Assembly: GCA_015660865.1 (NCBI GenBank)
Contig: JACTUA010000001.1
Span: forward strand, 200,304-264,303
Source of the DNA: Methanomicrobiales archaeon
GTDB lineage: Archaea; Halobacteriota; Methanomicrobia; Methanomicrobiales; JACTUA01
Length of the DNA: 64,000 bases
Reading direction: 5' to 3'
Shown: one piece after another, positions 28,731 to 37,149 of the stretch
Layout: every line of letters starts with the position of its first letter
Numbering within the stretch: position 1 is the first letter of the stretch
The notes under the pieces: model-generated
Databases searched by the model: none
What the model saw: the letters and a program-made list of their open reading frames with translations, nothing else
Told to the model about the DNA's origin: nothing
Program-made: the position numbers and the translations under genes

Positions 28731-30077
28731 GTGGACTGGCTCCCCTTCGTCCTTGCGATCATTCTCGTCCTCTATGGAGTCATCGCCTGGATCATCCGCA
28801 AACGGAAGATCCGGGAGGATATCATCACCTTCTACGGTCCGATCATGGCGATAAAAACCCGCAGGATCGGGTTCTTTGACCGGTTCCGATCCATCTCCAC
28901 GGTTCTCCGGATCTATGGCTCCCTCGGCATCGCCATGGTGGTGATAGTCTCGGTGCTGATGACCATCCTCGTCATCTTCTCCCTCAGGCTGGAGGTCGCC
29001 CAGCCCCCGCCCGTTCAGGGGGTCTTCGAGCCCCGGAACTGGTTCGTCATCCCAGGCGTCAACCAGTTCATCCCTTTCACCCTTCCGGTCATCCTCGCCA
29101 TCGCGATCACCATCGCCATCCATGAACTCGGCCACGGGATCCTCTGCAGGGTCGAGGGGATCCTGGTGAAGAGCATGGGGGTACTCCTCTTCATCATCCC
29201 CATCGGGTTCTTCGTGGAACCCGACGAGGAGGAGCTCGAGCGGACGCCCCCCGTCCCGAAGTCACGGATGTTCGGCGCAGGGATCGCAAACAACCTTGTG
29301 CTGGGATTCGCGTGCTTTGGCATCCTCATCCTCCTCTTAGGGGCGGTCGCACCCGTTCCCGGGCCCATCATCTACATGCTCCAGGGAGATTCCCCTGCGT
29401 ACAATGCCAGTGTTCCCCTCGGTTCGGTGATCCAGGAGGTGAACGGTCAGAAGGTCGCATCGATCTCCGATGTCTCGAGACTGCTCAACGGGACAAAGCC
29501 GGGGGACACTATTAACCTCACGGTGCTCCCTGCGGATGTCGTGCGGGATCTTCCCGCCTCCGGCCCGGAGCCGGTGGGAGCGACCTACACCTTCAACCTC
29601 ACATCTGCACCCGACCGCAGTTACGGGTACATGGGGGTGAGTTACTACAATGCGGACGTAGTGGTCACCGTCCTCAAGAACTTCGGCTCTGCGGAGGGCT
29701 TCCTCATCCTCAGCTATCTTCCGGTCGATATCCTGGAGAACCGGATCCCCCAGCTCCACCTGCTCCTCATGAACAGCCCGGACGAGGCCTTCTTCAGGGC
29801 CCCCTTCCCACTCTTCTGGGGCGTCATCCACTTCTTCTTCTGGTGCGGGTGGTTCAACTTCATGGTGGGGACCTTCAATGCCCTCCCGATGATCCCCTTC
29901 GACGGCGGTTTCATCATGAAGGAGGGGGTGGCGGGGCTCCTCCGCCGGCTCGGGAGACCTCAGTTCCTCGATCGGGTCACCCTTATCATAAGCCTGGCCA
30001 TCTTCGCCTTGATCGTCCTCATCGTGACCATTCCCCTGATCGTGAGGCTCATCACGATCATGAGCACGGGAGGATGA
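28731..30077 (+). CDS. site-2 protease family (M50) membrane metalloprotease with PDZ-like insert
   Basis: GTG start. HELGHG (HExxH), multiple TM segments, NALPMIPFDGG motif. Confidence 0.85.
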   Translation: MDWLPFVLAIILVLYGVIAWIIRKRKIREDIITFYGPIMAIKTRRIGFFDRFRSISTVLRIYGSLGIAMVVIVSVLMTILVIFSLRLEVAQPPPVQGVFEPRNWFVIPGVNQFIPFTLPVILAIAITIAIHELGHGILCRVEGILVKSMGVLLFIIPIGFFVEPDEEELERTPPVPKSRMFGAGIANNLVLGFACFGILILLLGAVAPVPGPIIYMLQGDSPAYNASVPLGSVIQEVNGQKVASISDVSRLLNGTKPGDTINLTVLPADVVRDLPASGPEPVGATYTFNLTSAPDRSYGYMGVSYYNADVVVTVLKNFGSAEGFLILSYLPVDILENRIPQLHLLLMNSPDEAFFRAPFPLFWGVIHFFFWCGWFNFMVGTFNALPMIPFDGGFIMKEGVAGLLRRLGRPQFLDRVTLIISLAIFALIVLIVTIPLIVRLITIMSTGG

Positions 30078-30358
30078 GGCCTCGCTGAGCAGCCGGCGAA
30101 CCTCCTGGGGGCGGGTTTGCCCGGGCTTTCCTGGCACATGCTACCCGTTCGGCTCCTTCGGAGACGGACTCTCCCCTGAACCGGAGAGAAACCAAAGAAA
30201 TAGATATATCATCGGCACAAGGTAGAAGTACGAACAGAAGTCTGGCACCACGGGGCTCGGGATCGCAGACAAAGGAGGTTCCCAAGAGCAAGCGCTACGC
30301 CCTTGGCTGGTACCACGAGGGCGTCACCCACCTCTCCATCCAGGAGTACGAGGAGGCA

Positions 30359-30946
30359 ATGGCCTTCTTTGACAAGGCCCTCTCTGCCATCCCCGACCAC
30401 CCGGACTTCCTCGTCGGGAAGGGGGACGTCCTCTTCGCCATGGGCCGCTATGCTGAGGCGCTCCAGCACTACCAGAAGGCGGTCACCCATGATCCCGAGA
30501 ACTACAAGGCATGGCTCCAGATCGGGGTCACCCTCCTGAAGCTGGAGCGTTTTGACGATGCCCTCGAGGTCTTCAGGAAGCTCCGTTCCATGAACGAGTA
30601 CGACGGCGAGGTCTGGCTCGGCCTCGGGATCTCCCTCCTCTCCCTGGGCCAGAAGACGGAGGCGGGGGACGCCCTCAAGAATGCCATGCGGTTCAAGCCC
30701 AACCAGCCTGCCCTCTATTACTACCTCGCCCTGAACGAACAGGACGACGACCAGGCGCTCCGCCTCCTCCTCCGCGGGTACCGGATCGACTCCTCGAACC
30801 TTGATATCATCGTCGAGCTCGTGACCAGGCTCGTCCGTTCCGGCAGGAAGGCGGACGCTGCAGCCTTCTACCGGAAGGCCAAGGCCATCGATCCCGGGAA
30901 CCCCCGGGTGGTGGAGCTCGGGGACGTCACCACAAAGAAGACTTGA
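30359..30946 (+). CDS. TPR-repeat protein (true start probably upstream of the first ATG)
   Basis: Repeated TPR units (A..YQKAV..DP.N..AW). In-frame TPR-like sequence KRYALGWYHEGVTHLSIQEYEEA continues upstream of ATG 30359, back to a GGAGG at 30274-30278. Confidence 0.75.
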   Translation: MAFFDKALSAIPDHPDFLVGKGDVLFAMGRYAEALQHYQKAVTHDPENYKAWLQIGVTLLKLERFDDALEVFRKLRSMNEYDGEVWLGLGISLLSLGQKTEAGDALKNAMRFKPNQPALYYYLALNEQDDDQALRLLLRGYRIDSSNLDIIVELVTRLVRSGRKADAAAFYRKAKAIDPGNPRVVELGDVTTKKT

Positions 30947-31030
30947 GACCGGTGGGTAGACCGATAAGATAAACATTGATATTCGCTGAGAATCGTCCTT
31001 TTCCAGCTATCCAGATGAGTCTATTATTGG

Positions 31031-31192
31031 GCTCTCGGGGGACTTCCGCCCCCGCCGCGGGCATCCCCCGTCGTGTACTTGGACCTCGTCAAGGATGGTT
31101 TTTCGTACGAGACGGGGCAGAGCATCGCGGAAAGGGCCTATCCTCACTGGGGGATGTCACAGCGGCGGGGGCGAGCCGAAGGCGAAGCCCCC
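31031..31192. repeat. GC-rich inverted-repeat (MITE-like) element, copy A
   Basis: Left arm GCTCTCGGGGGACTTCCGCCCCCGCCGCGGGCATCCCCC. Right arm GGGGGATGTCACAGCGGCGGGGGCGAGCCGAAGGCGAAGCCCCC is its imperfect reverse complement. Homologous to 46232-46420. Confidence 0.55.
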
Positions 31193-31304
31193 AGGAGCGT
31201 CGATTAGGGAGGATCTCGATTAGATCAAAACAATAAAGTCAATCCGAAGGCGATCTGGAGGCTTTGTTCCGTACTTATGGCACCCCACGAGGTGCGATAG
31301 CTCC

Positions 31305-32153
31305 CTAATCCTCGAGGAGTGCCACGAGGGATCCCTCGGGAACCCCGACGCTCTCGGCGATGGTCGGGCATTTCACCGCCATGAGGTACGCAATGGGCGG
31401 GAGCCCCCCGTACTCGGTGAGGGCCTCGTAGTTGGCCATGCCCTTGGCGATGATGAGGGTACACCGGTCTATCGCCATTTGCAGGTCACCGGGTATCTTC
31501 CCCAGGTTCACGCCGATATCGCCGCTCCCCGTATGGGTCACCGTGGCAAAGCGACGGAGGCCGGCTTTCTCGGCATCCTCCAGGGTCGCGTCGTTCAGGA
31601 TGGGTGCACCCTTCACTGCCACGGTCACGCGTGAGCCCATCGCCGAGAGATGCTCTATGAAGAGCCGGTCAAAGATGATCTCCCCGGCATTATCGGTGAA
31701 GTACACGACCTCACGGGCAAGGTCCGCCATCCTCTCCGTGTCGTCGATGAGGAGACCCTTTCTGAACTCGTGGTCGAAGAAGGTCCTGAAGTCATCGGTG
31801 ACCCGGTGGGAGAGGACCCCGTAGTCGAAGGTGTTTGCGATCACGCTCGCGAGGGCGTAATCCCGGAAGCTCGAGAGGGTCTGATGCACGGCTTGGCAGG
31901 CCCTGACGGCCTCCAGAGTGCTCGCTTCCTTGATACGCCGGTAAGGATCGGGATCCCCGAGGATCTCGTACGCCCTGCGGTGGGCAGCGGATGCCACGAG
32001 GGATGCCGGGCGGGGGGATCCCCGGTAGGTATCGAGGAGTGCACGGCATCCGGAGAGCACGTGCCCGATCTTCTCCTCGTCGCGGGTCGAGAGCCGGCAT
32101 TCGTAGAGAATCCGCGAGAGGAGGCAGTCATAGCACCTATCATGGATCTTCAT
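31305..32153 (-). CDS. DUF89/ARMT1-like damage-control phosphatase family protein
   Basis: MKIHDRCYDCLLSR.., FTDNAGEIIFD and AKGMANYE are typical of archaeal DUF89 proteins. Confidence 0.8.
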   Translation of the reverse strand: MKIHDRCYDCLLSRILYECRLSTRDEEKIGHVLSGCRALLDTYRGSPRPASLVASAAHRRAYEILGDPDPYRRIKEASTLEAVRACQAVHQTLSSFRDYALASVIANTFDYGVLSHRVTDDFRTFFDHEFRKGLLIDDTERMADLAREVVYFTDNAGEIIFDRLFIEHLSAMGSRVTVAVKGAPILNDATLEDAEKAGLRRFATVTHTGSGDIGVNLGKIPGDLQMAIDRCTLIIAKGMANYEALTEYGGLPPIAYLMAVKCPTIAESVGVPEGSLVALLED

Positions 32154-32191
32154 GGGACTCTCTCTGCCATTTGAAAAAATATGGTGATCGA

Positions 32192-32265
32192 TGGGGCCAC
32201 TGCGATTCGAACGCAGGTCAGAAGACCCCCAGTCTCCTAGGATAACCAGGCTACCCTATGGCCCC
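32192..32265 (-). tRNA. tRNA-Pro (anticodon GGG)
   Basis: Reverse complement GGGGCCATAGGGTAGCCTGGTTATCCTAGGAGACTGGGGGTCTTCTGACCTGCGTTCGAATCGCAGTGGCCCCA folds as a cloverleaf. 7-bp acceptor stem, anticodon stem GGAGA/TCTTC, loop CTGGGGG, T-arm CTGCG-TTCGAAT-CGCAG. Confidence 0.9.
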
Positions 32266-32284
32266 CCTCTGTAATGGGAACCGA

Positions 32285-32525
32285 TCCCTTATGTACCTTG
32301 TCTTTGCGTCTGAACGCTCAGATCTTCAGACGTTTATCGCCTGCATATACCTGGTGAGGGCCTTCTGCACCTTTTTTACCCTCTTGCCCGCTTCAGATCT
32401 TCAGACGTTTATCGCCTTCACATTCCTGGTGAGGGCCTTCTGTACCTTCTCTTTACCTTCGGCTCGCGTCAGATCTTGAGCCGCTTGAAGGCCTCCACGT
32501 TCCTGGTGAGGGCCTCGAGCTCGAT
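32285..32525. repeat. tandem ~75-nt repeats derived from the 3' end of the 68-aa gene at 32469..32675
   Basis: TCAGATCTT(C/G)AG.C(G)TT.A..GCCT.CA..T(A/T)CCTGGTGAGGGCCT starts at 32318, 32393 and 32469 (the last is the real stop region). The spacers are also similar, with a further partial unit at about 32285. Confidence 0.85.
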
Positions 32526-32675
32526 GTCAGAGAGATCCACACGGGAGGACCCCTGCTCGATCTCGAACTTGAGCTGGTGCATCCTCACCTTCATCAGGTA
32601 CATGAAGAAGATCTGGAAGAGTATGACGATGCCGAGGAGGAGGATGATACCGGCATAGACATCTTCTAGGTTCAT
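32469..32675 (-). CDS. small membrane protein (1 TM plus amphipathic helix)
   Basis: 68 aa. Overlaps the minD-like stop by 4 nt. Hydrophobic N-terminus AGIILLLGIVILFQIFFMYL. Confidence 0.5.
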   Translation of the reverse strand: MNLEDVYAGIILLLGIVILFQIFFMYLMKVRMHQLKFEIEQGSSRVDLSDIELEALTRNVEAFKRLKI

Positions 32676-33457
32676 CGTGCCCCCTTGAAGAGTATCTTCA
32701 CGAAACGGCTGACGAATCCATCGCTCGCCATCTCCACGCCCTCCTCGGGTGCGATGCCGGCGATATGGGCTGCAATCCTCCGGAAGGCACGGGATGCATC
32801 GCTCCCTGGGAACTTCATGACAACAGGCGTCTTATACACCGCGGCTACCCTGACGTTGGGGTCCTCGGGGATGATCCCGATGAGCTTCACCCCGAGGGTC
32901 TTCTCCAGCTTGCTCTGGATGAGCTCGGTGTGCTCGGACCCCGCACGGTTGAGGATGGCGCAGGCCACGTGCCCCCCGACGACCTCGGTGAGGACCTTGG
33001 TCTTCAGGGCATCCACGATCGAGGAGACCTCCGGGTTCACCACGAGGATGACCTCGTCGGCGATGGCGAGGGGGATCACCCCGTCCCTGCTGATCCCTGC
33101 AGGGGCATCGATGAGCAGGTAGTCGCAGCGGTTGACGAGCTCCTTCATGATATCCCGGAACCGGTCCGGGTTGGCGAGCTGGAACCCCTGGAGGGAGATA
33201 CCGCTCGGGAGGACCTTGACGCCGTTGGGCCCGTCGTAGATCGCCTCCTCCAGCTTCGCCTTCCCCGCGAGGACCTCGTGGATCGTGATCGGAGCATCCT
33301 CGAGGCCGAGGAGGAGGCCGATATTTGCCATCCCTATATCGGCGTCCATGATGAAGGTCTCGAGACCCAGCTTGGCAAGGGAGGCCCCGAGGTTGATGGT
33401 ACAGGTTGTCTTTCCCGTTCCCCCTTTCCCCGATGCGATCGTGTATGCCCTGATCAT
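32672..33457 (-). CDS. MinD/ParA-family P-loop ATPase (archaeal MinD-like)
   Basis: Deviant Walker A ASGKGGTGKTT, then MDADIGMANI and LLIDAPAG. Confidence 0.85.
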   Translation of the reverse strand: MIRAYTIASGKGGTGKTTCTINLGASLAKLGLETFIMDADIGMANIGLLLGLEDAPITIHEVLAGKAKLEEAIYDGPNGVKVLPSGISLQGFQLANPDRFRDIMKELVNRCDYLLIDAPAGISRDGVIPLAIADEVILVVNPEVSSIVDALKTKVLTEVVGGHVACAILNRAGSEHTELIQSKLEKTLGVKLIGIIPEDPNVRVAAVYKTPVVMKFPGSDASRAFRRIAAHIAGIAPEEGVEMASDGFVSRFVKILFKGAR

Positions 33458-33527
33458 TCAGCACTCTGTACAGTTACATTCGCTCGAAATTCATATAATA
33501 TTTGTCAGTCCCTGCCCCTTCCGAGCA

Positions 33528-34133
33528 CTAAAGCCACCAATGGAGAATTTTCCGGGCGTCTTCGTCGATTCCCTTCTTCTCTTCAGGTGAGAGGGGGTGG
33601 TCGCTCCGTATAATGCCGAGCATCGCCTCGCCACGGTGGCCAATCTCGAAGAAGGTTACCCCCGGGGAATCGGGCTTCTTCTTCCGCCGGTAGAGATCGG
33701 AGAACCTCGCCGCCTCTTCGGAAGATCCCGGGTACAGGGAGACGACGACAAGGCCATCCAGGGTGGTGATGATGAAGTCGCTCATGTTGTACTTCTCGGA
33801 GAGCCTGTGGATACTCCCCTGGATATCGGGACTCTCCGTGAGAATCTCCACAGTCGGGGCCCCGGGATGTGCCTCCTCTGCCGGTCCAGCCTTCTCTGCT
33901 CCAGCTGCTCTCGGTGCTTCCCCAACCTCGGCTCCGTGGGCAGGGGTCACGGGAGATGGCGACGGGGGTGGTGGCGGTGGCGGGGGTGATGCAGGTGCAC
34001 TCATACTCTTAAGGGTGTCCGCCATCCGCTTCACGTACCAGAAGAGAAGCCCCAGGAAGATCACCTGCGCCAGGCAGGCGATGGTGAGAACCACAAGGAG
34101 GAGCACCGTCGTGCTCTCGAACTCGGCTGTCAT
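33528..34133 (-). CDS. membrane-anchored protein with Pro-rich linker and possible roadblock/LC7-like C-terminal domain
   Basis: N-terminal TM, a PPPPPPPPSPSP tract, then NMSDFIITTLDGLVVVSLYPGSSEEAARF, reminiscent of roadblock/MglB-type domains (weak). Confidence 0.45.
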   Translation of the reverse strand: MTAEFESTTVLLLVVLTIACLAQVIFLGLLFWYVKRMADTLKSMSAPASPPPPPPPPSPSPVTPAHGAEVGEAPRAAGAEKAGPAEEAHPGAPTVEILTESPDIQGSIHRLSEKYNMSDFIITTLDGLVVVSLYPGSSEEAARFSDLYRRKKKPDSPGVTFFEIGHRGEAMLGIIRSDHPLSPEEKKGIDEDARKILHWWL

Positions 34134-34145
34134 GTCAGATCGACC

Positions 34146-34868
34146 TCACTCCTCCTTCTCGGTCATGAGGTGTCCCAGGTGTAGTTTCTTCACGATCCCC
34201 CTCGCATTTTTCCTGATCTTCGTCGCGATGTGTTCCACGTCCACGTCATCCAGGGCTGACATCTCCATGTGGAGGAGGGCGAGCTCATCATACCCATCCG
34301 GCGGAGAGACCTCGGCCCCCGCCTGTCCTGACACAACAGCAATGGCCTGGTCCATATCCACCTTTGTCCAGGCCTTCTGTGGCTCGGCAACCTCCCCGGT
34401 TGCCGTCTCCAGGGCCGATGCCTCCTCCGTTACCAGAGGGTGAGCGGGAGGGAGGGGAGGCGGGGATATGGCTGGCAGATCCATTCTCTCCGGGGGTCTC
34501 TTCTCGGGGGCGGGTTCCCTGGCCTTCTCCCTGGGGGTCTTCACCGCCCTGGGAACAACCTGGGCCGAGAGGAGGCATGTCTCATTGAACTCGATGGCAA
34601 GCTTCAGTTCCGAGTCAGAGAAGTCCGAGAGGATGGCATCTATGGTCGTCTCCCCGAGAGCAATCATCCCTTCCCAGGCCGCACCCCCCTTGAGGAGACC
34701 GTACTCTGCAAGGATATACCGCCCCTTCTGGATGACGAGGGAGATGACCTCCTGCCTCAGGGAGATGGTGATGACACCGGTGTACCGGACCTCTGCAAGC
34801 TCCTGGATGAGGGAATTCAGCGCCACCCCTTTGATGACAGAACGAAATTTCCCCCGGGGAAGCTGCAT
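34146..34868 (-). CDS. hypothetical protein (DUF4388/PATAN-like N-terminus suspected)
   Basis: ALNSLIQELAEVRYTGVITISL..VIQKGRYILAEY resembles DUF4388-type N-terminal domains. It has a Pro-rich middle region. Same strand as the minD-like cluster. Confidence 0.45.
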   Translation of the reverse strand: MQLPRGKFRSVIKGVALNSLIQELAEVRYTGVITISLRQEVISLVIQKGRYILAEYGLLKGGAAWEGMIALGETTIDAILSDFSDSELKLAIEFNETCLLSAQVVPRAVKTPREKAREPAPEKRPPERMDLPAISPPPLPPAHPLVTEEASALETATGEVAEPQKAWTKVDMDQAIAVVSGQAGAEVSPPDGYDELALLHMEMSALDDVDVEHIATKIRKNARGIVKKLHLGHLMTEKEE

Positions 34869-35389
34869 TGTAAATAGCTGGTGTGTAAACTTAAATAATG
34901 TTATTGTTCCGAGCCCTCGCTGTCAACCCTTTTTTTCAACTTTGGAGCCAGATCAAACAGAAAATTGGGTAGATCTCAGCTTCCCCGGACCGTGAGCCCG
35001 CCGGACGCCCCCTCCCCGAGGCCCGGTCTTCTGCGTCCTGGGTATCTTAATCATTTCGAAAGATGAAGATAGGGTATAAGTGAGGTCCAAAAGGGAATTC
35101 ACCCGCTGCACTATCCAAGGGGAACGAAGGGGGGGAAAAGAATAAGTTTATTACCAAACGAAACAGTTATCATTAAATTAAGGGAAACATTCCAGCCTCA
35201 TCCGACAACCGCAGGTTGTATGGATGGAATCCCGGTGGGTATCAACTGTAATGCAATCCAGCGACCACGGAATTATGGTGATGAGGGTGACTGTTTTATG
35301 AGCGTCTGTCAGATCTCACCACAGGGCCGTGGGGTGTACCGTGACGACGAACCCCGGGTATTCAGGGATGAGTTGGGCCAGGGAGACCA

Positions 35390-36028
35390 GTGATGTATAC
35401 CATACTCGTAGTGGATGACAGTCCGTTCATCGTCGACGTCTTCGTGACCATGCTCGAGAGGGGGGGATACCGGGCCATCGCCTCGTACAGCGGGCTCGAG
35501 TGTCTGGATATCCTCAAGAATATCAAGCCGGACCTGATCCTCCTCGATATCATGATGGAACCCATCGACGGGTGGGAGACCCTGGAGCAGATCAAGAGGA
35601 ACCCCGAGACGAAGGACATCCCGGTGCTCATGCTCACCGCAAAGCAGCTCTCCCCCGAGGAGGCACAGACCTACGGGATGTACATCGAGGACTATGTCCT
35701 GAAACCCATCACCCACCGGGAACTCTACGACACCATCGAGCATGTCCTCAAGCGGAGGAACACCATCAAGCTCGATGTCGAGGAGGCGAAGAAGGCCGGG
35801 TTCGACCAGGGTATCATCGACGAGTACTCGAGGCTCGCAAAGAGCGTGGACGTGAACAACCGGCTCCTCAAGATCCTCGAGACCACCTACAACATCTATG
35901 ACTCCAACCAGCAGGTCTCATCCAAGATCTCCCAGGCCATGAAGAGCATGTCCGAGAGCATCAAGACCCAGGAGGGCCGGCTCAGCCAGATCCGGACCGA
36001 GCTGGACCGGGTACTCAACGAGAAATAG
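35390..36028 (+). CDS. response regulator (CheY-like receiver plus ~90-aa helical C-terminus)
   Basis: ILVVDDS, LILLDIMMEPIDGWE and VLMLTAK are the receiver Asp/Thr/Lys signatures. Confidence 0.9.
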   Translation: MMYTILVVDDSPFIVDVFVTMLERGGYRAIASYSGLECLDILKNIKPDLILLDIMMEPIDGWETLEQIKRNPETKDIPVLMLTAKQLSPEEAQTYGMYIEDYVLKPITHRELYDTIEHVLKRRNTIKLDVEEAKKAGFDQGIIDEYSRLAKSVDVNNRLLKILETTYNIYDSNQQVSSKISQAMKSMSESIKTQEGRLSQIRTELDRVLNEK

Positions 36029-36060
36029 AAGAATCGGATATCCGAATCCGCTTTTTTCGT

Positions 36061-36486
36061 CTAATTCTCCTGGAGCTCCTCTTTCCCGACGAGGACGACT
36101 GCAGCCGTGAGGACGGCGATCACCGCGACCGTCACGAGGGTCTCGGTGGGGTTGATGGTCTCGACCCCAAGGATGATCACCCGCCGGACCATTGCGGTGA
36201 GCCCGGCGACGAGGATAGGACGGACGAATACCCTGCTCGTCTTGAAGTAGGCCGTTATTGTCTCCAGGATCTCGACGATGATGATGGTGAGGAGGATCGC
36301 GTGGAGGACCTGGAGGAGATTGCTCGTGAGATCGCCCGGGCCGAGGAGAGCGAGGAACTGGATACCGGCAGCCACGAAGGAGACCAGGGCGAGGACGGAG
36401 AGAATGACGGCGGTGATGAAGTAGATGAGTTTGGTCAGGACTGCGATGAATCCTGTCATGGACTGGATCGAACGGTTGATCTCCAT
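36061..36486 (-). CDS. PsiE-like (phosphate-starvation-inducible E family) membrane protein
   Basis: 141 aa from ATG 36486. Four hydrophobic helices. IIIVEILETI..RPILVAGLTAMVRRVII resembles PsiE-family proteins. Confidence 0.5.
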   Translation of the reverse strand: MEINRSIQSMTGFIAVLTKLIYFITAVILSVLALVSFVAAGIQFLALLGPGDLTSNLLQVLHAILLTIIIVEILETITAYFKTSRVFVRPILVAGLTAMVRRVIILGVETINPTETLVTVAVIAVLTAAVVLVGKEELQEN

Positions 36487-36723
36487 CTGGTTCCCCCTGT
36501 TCCTGATGGGCCGGGAAGACCGTCCCCGGACTACCCTGAATTCATTGCTACCCGATCGTATAAAATGAATAGCCCTGCCCGGGGAGTCACCGCTGGCATG
36601 CCCCTCCAGGTTCACCCTCCCGGGAGTGCACAGAGAGTACGATCCCGGAATTTTTCATTTTAGGTGAGAATATTTATATAGTTTTCTCGCGTTGTAATAA
36701 TGCCAAGAGGGGCGAGGGTGCGG

Positions 36724-36797
36724 GGGCTCGTAGCTCAGCTAGGTAGAGCGCCTGGCTTTTAACCAGGTGGCCGGGGGTTCAAATCCCCCCGAGCCCG
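36724..36797 (+). tRNA. tRNA-Lys (anticodon UUU)
   Basis: GGGCTCGTAGCTCAGCTAGGTAGAGCGCCTGGCTTTTAACCAGGTGGCCGGGGGTTCAAATCCCCCCGAGCCCG. Anticodon stem CCTGG/CCAGG, loop CTTTTAA, T-arm GGGGG-TTCAAAT-CCCCC. Confidence 0.9.
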
Positions 36798-36900
36798 CTC
36801 CCACAGGACGCATCTGTGGTGGGGAGCCGTGATGGATTCTTGAATCGAAACCTGAATCTTGCTTTGGGGATGGGGAAATCTTCTGTCCAGGGAGGGTCTC

Positions 36901-37149
36901 TTGACCACTTTCAATGTTCTTGAACACATGATGGTTCCGGACCATCGTATCATGGAAGAAGAGGAGATAAAGTCGCTCCTCTCTACGTATCATCTCACAC
37001 TGGAACAGCTGCCAAAGATCTACCATGATGACCCGGCGGTGAAGGCCGTCAAGGCCAAGCCCGGGGATGTCATCAGGATCGTCCGCGAGAGCCAGACGGC
37101 GGGGAGAGCCGAGTCCTACCGTCTCGTGATCAAGCGGCCGAAGAAGTGA
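36901..37149 (+). CDS. rpoH: DNA-directed RNA polymerase subunit H (Rpo5)
   Basis: [46 protein letters not shown] 36901 is preferred because the conserved FNVLEH would be lost from ATG 36928. Confidence 0.85.
   Translation: MTTFNVLEHMMVPDHRIMEEEEIKSLLSTYHLTLEQLPKIYHDDPAVKAVKAKPGDVIRIVRESQTAGRAESYRLVIKRPKK

Noticed and set aside
28622-28879. 85-aa ORF starting at ATG 28622 inside repeat copy 3 and running into the M50 protease gene.
   Set aside because: It starts within the rnhB-derived repeat in a different frame and overlaps the protease gene out of frame. It was judged fortuitous.
30976-31236. 86-aa ORF across repeat copy A.
   Set aside because: The translation is repeat-derived (Gly/Arg/Ala-rich) and the homologous copy B has a different frame content. 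It was treated as non-coding repeat.
32258-32479. 73-aa plus-strand ORF across the tandem repeats next to tRNA-Pro.
   Set aside because: Its internally repeated peptide simply reflects translation of the repeat array on the wrong strand. It also begins inside the tRNA gene.
35270-35320. C/D-box sRNA candidate (GTGATGA at about 35277).
   Set aside because: No properly spaced D' (CTGA), C' or terminal D box and no terminal stem. Only the C-box-like heptamer is present.
36739-37026. Minus-strand ORFs overlapping tRNA-Lys.
   Set aside because: They cover a well-folding tRNA and the rpoH start region, and show no coding signature.
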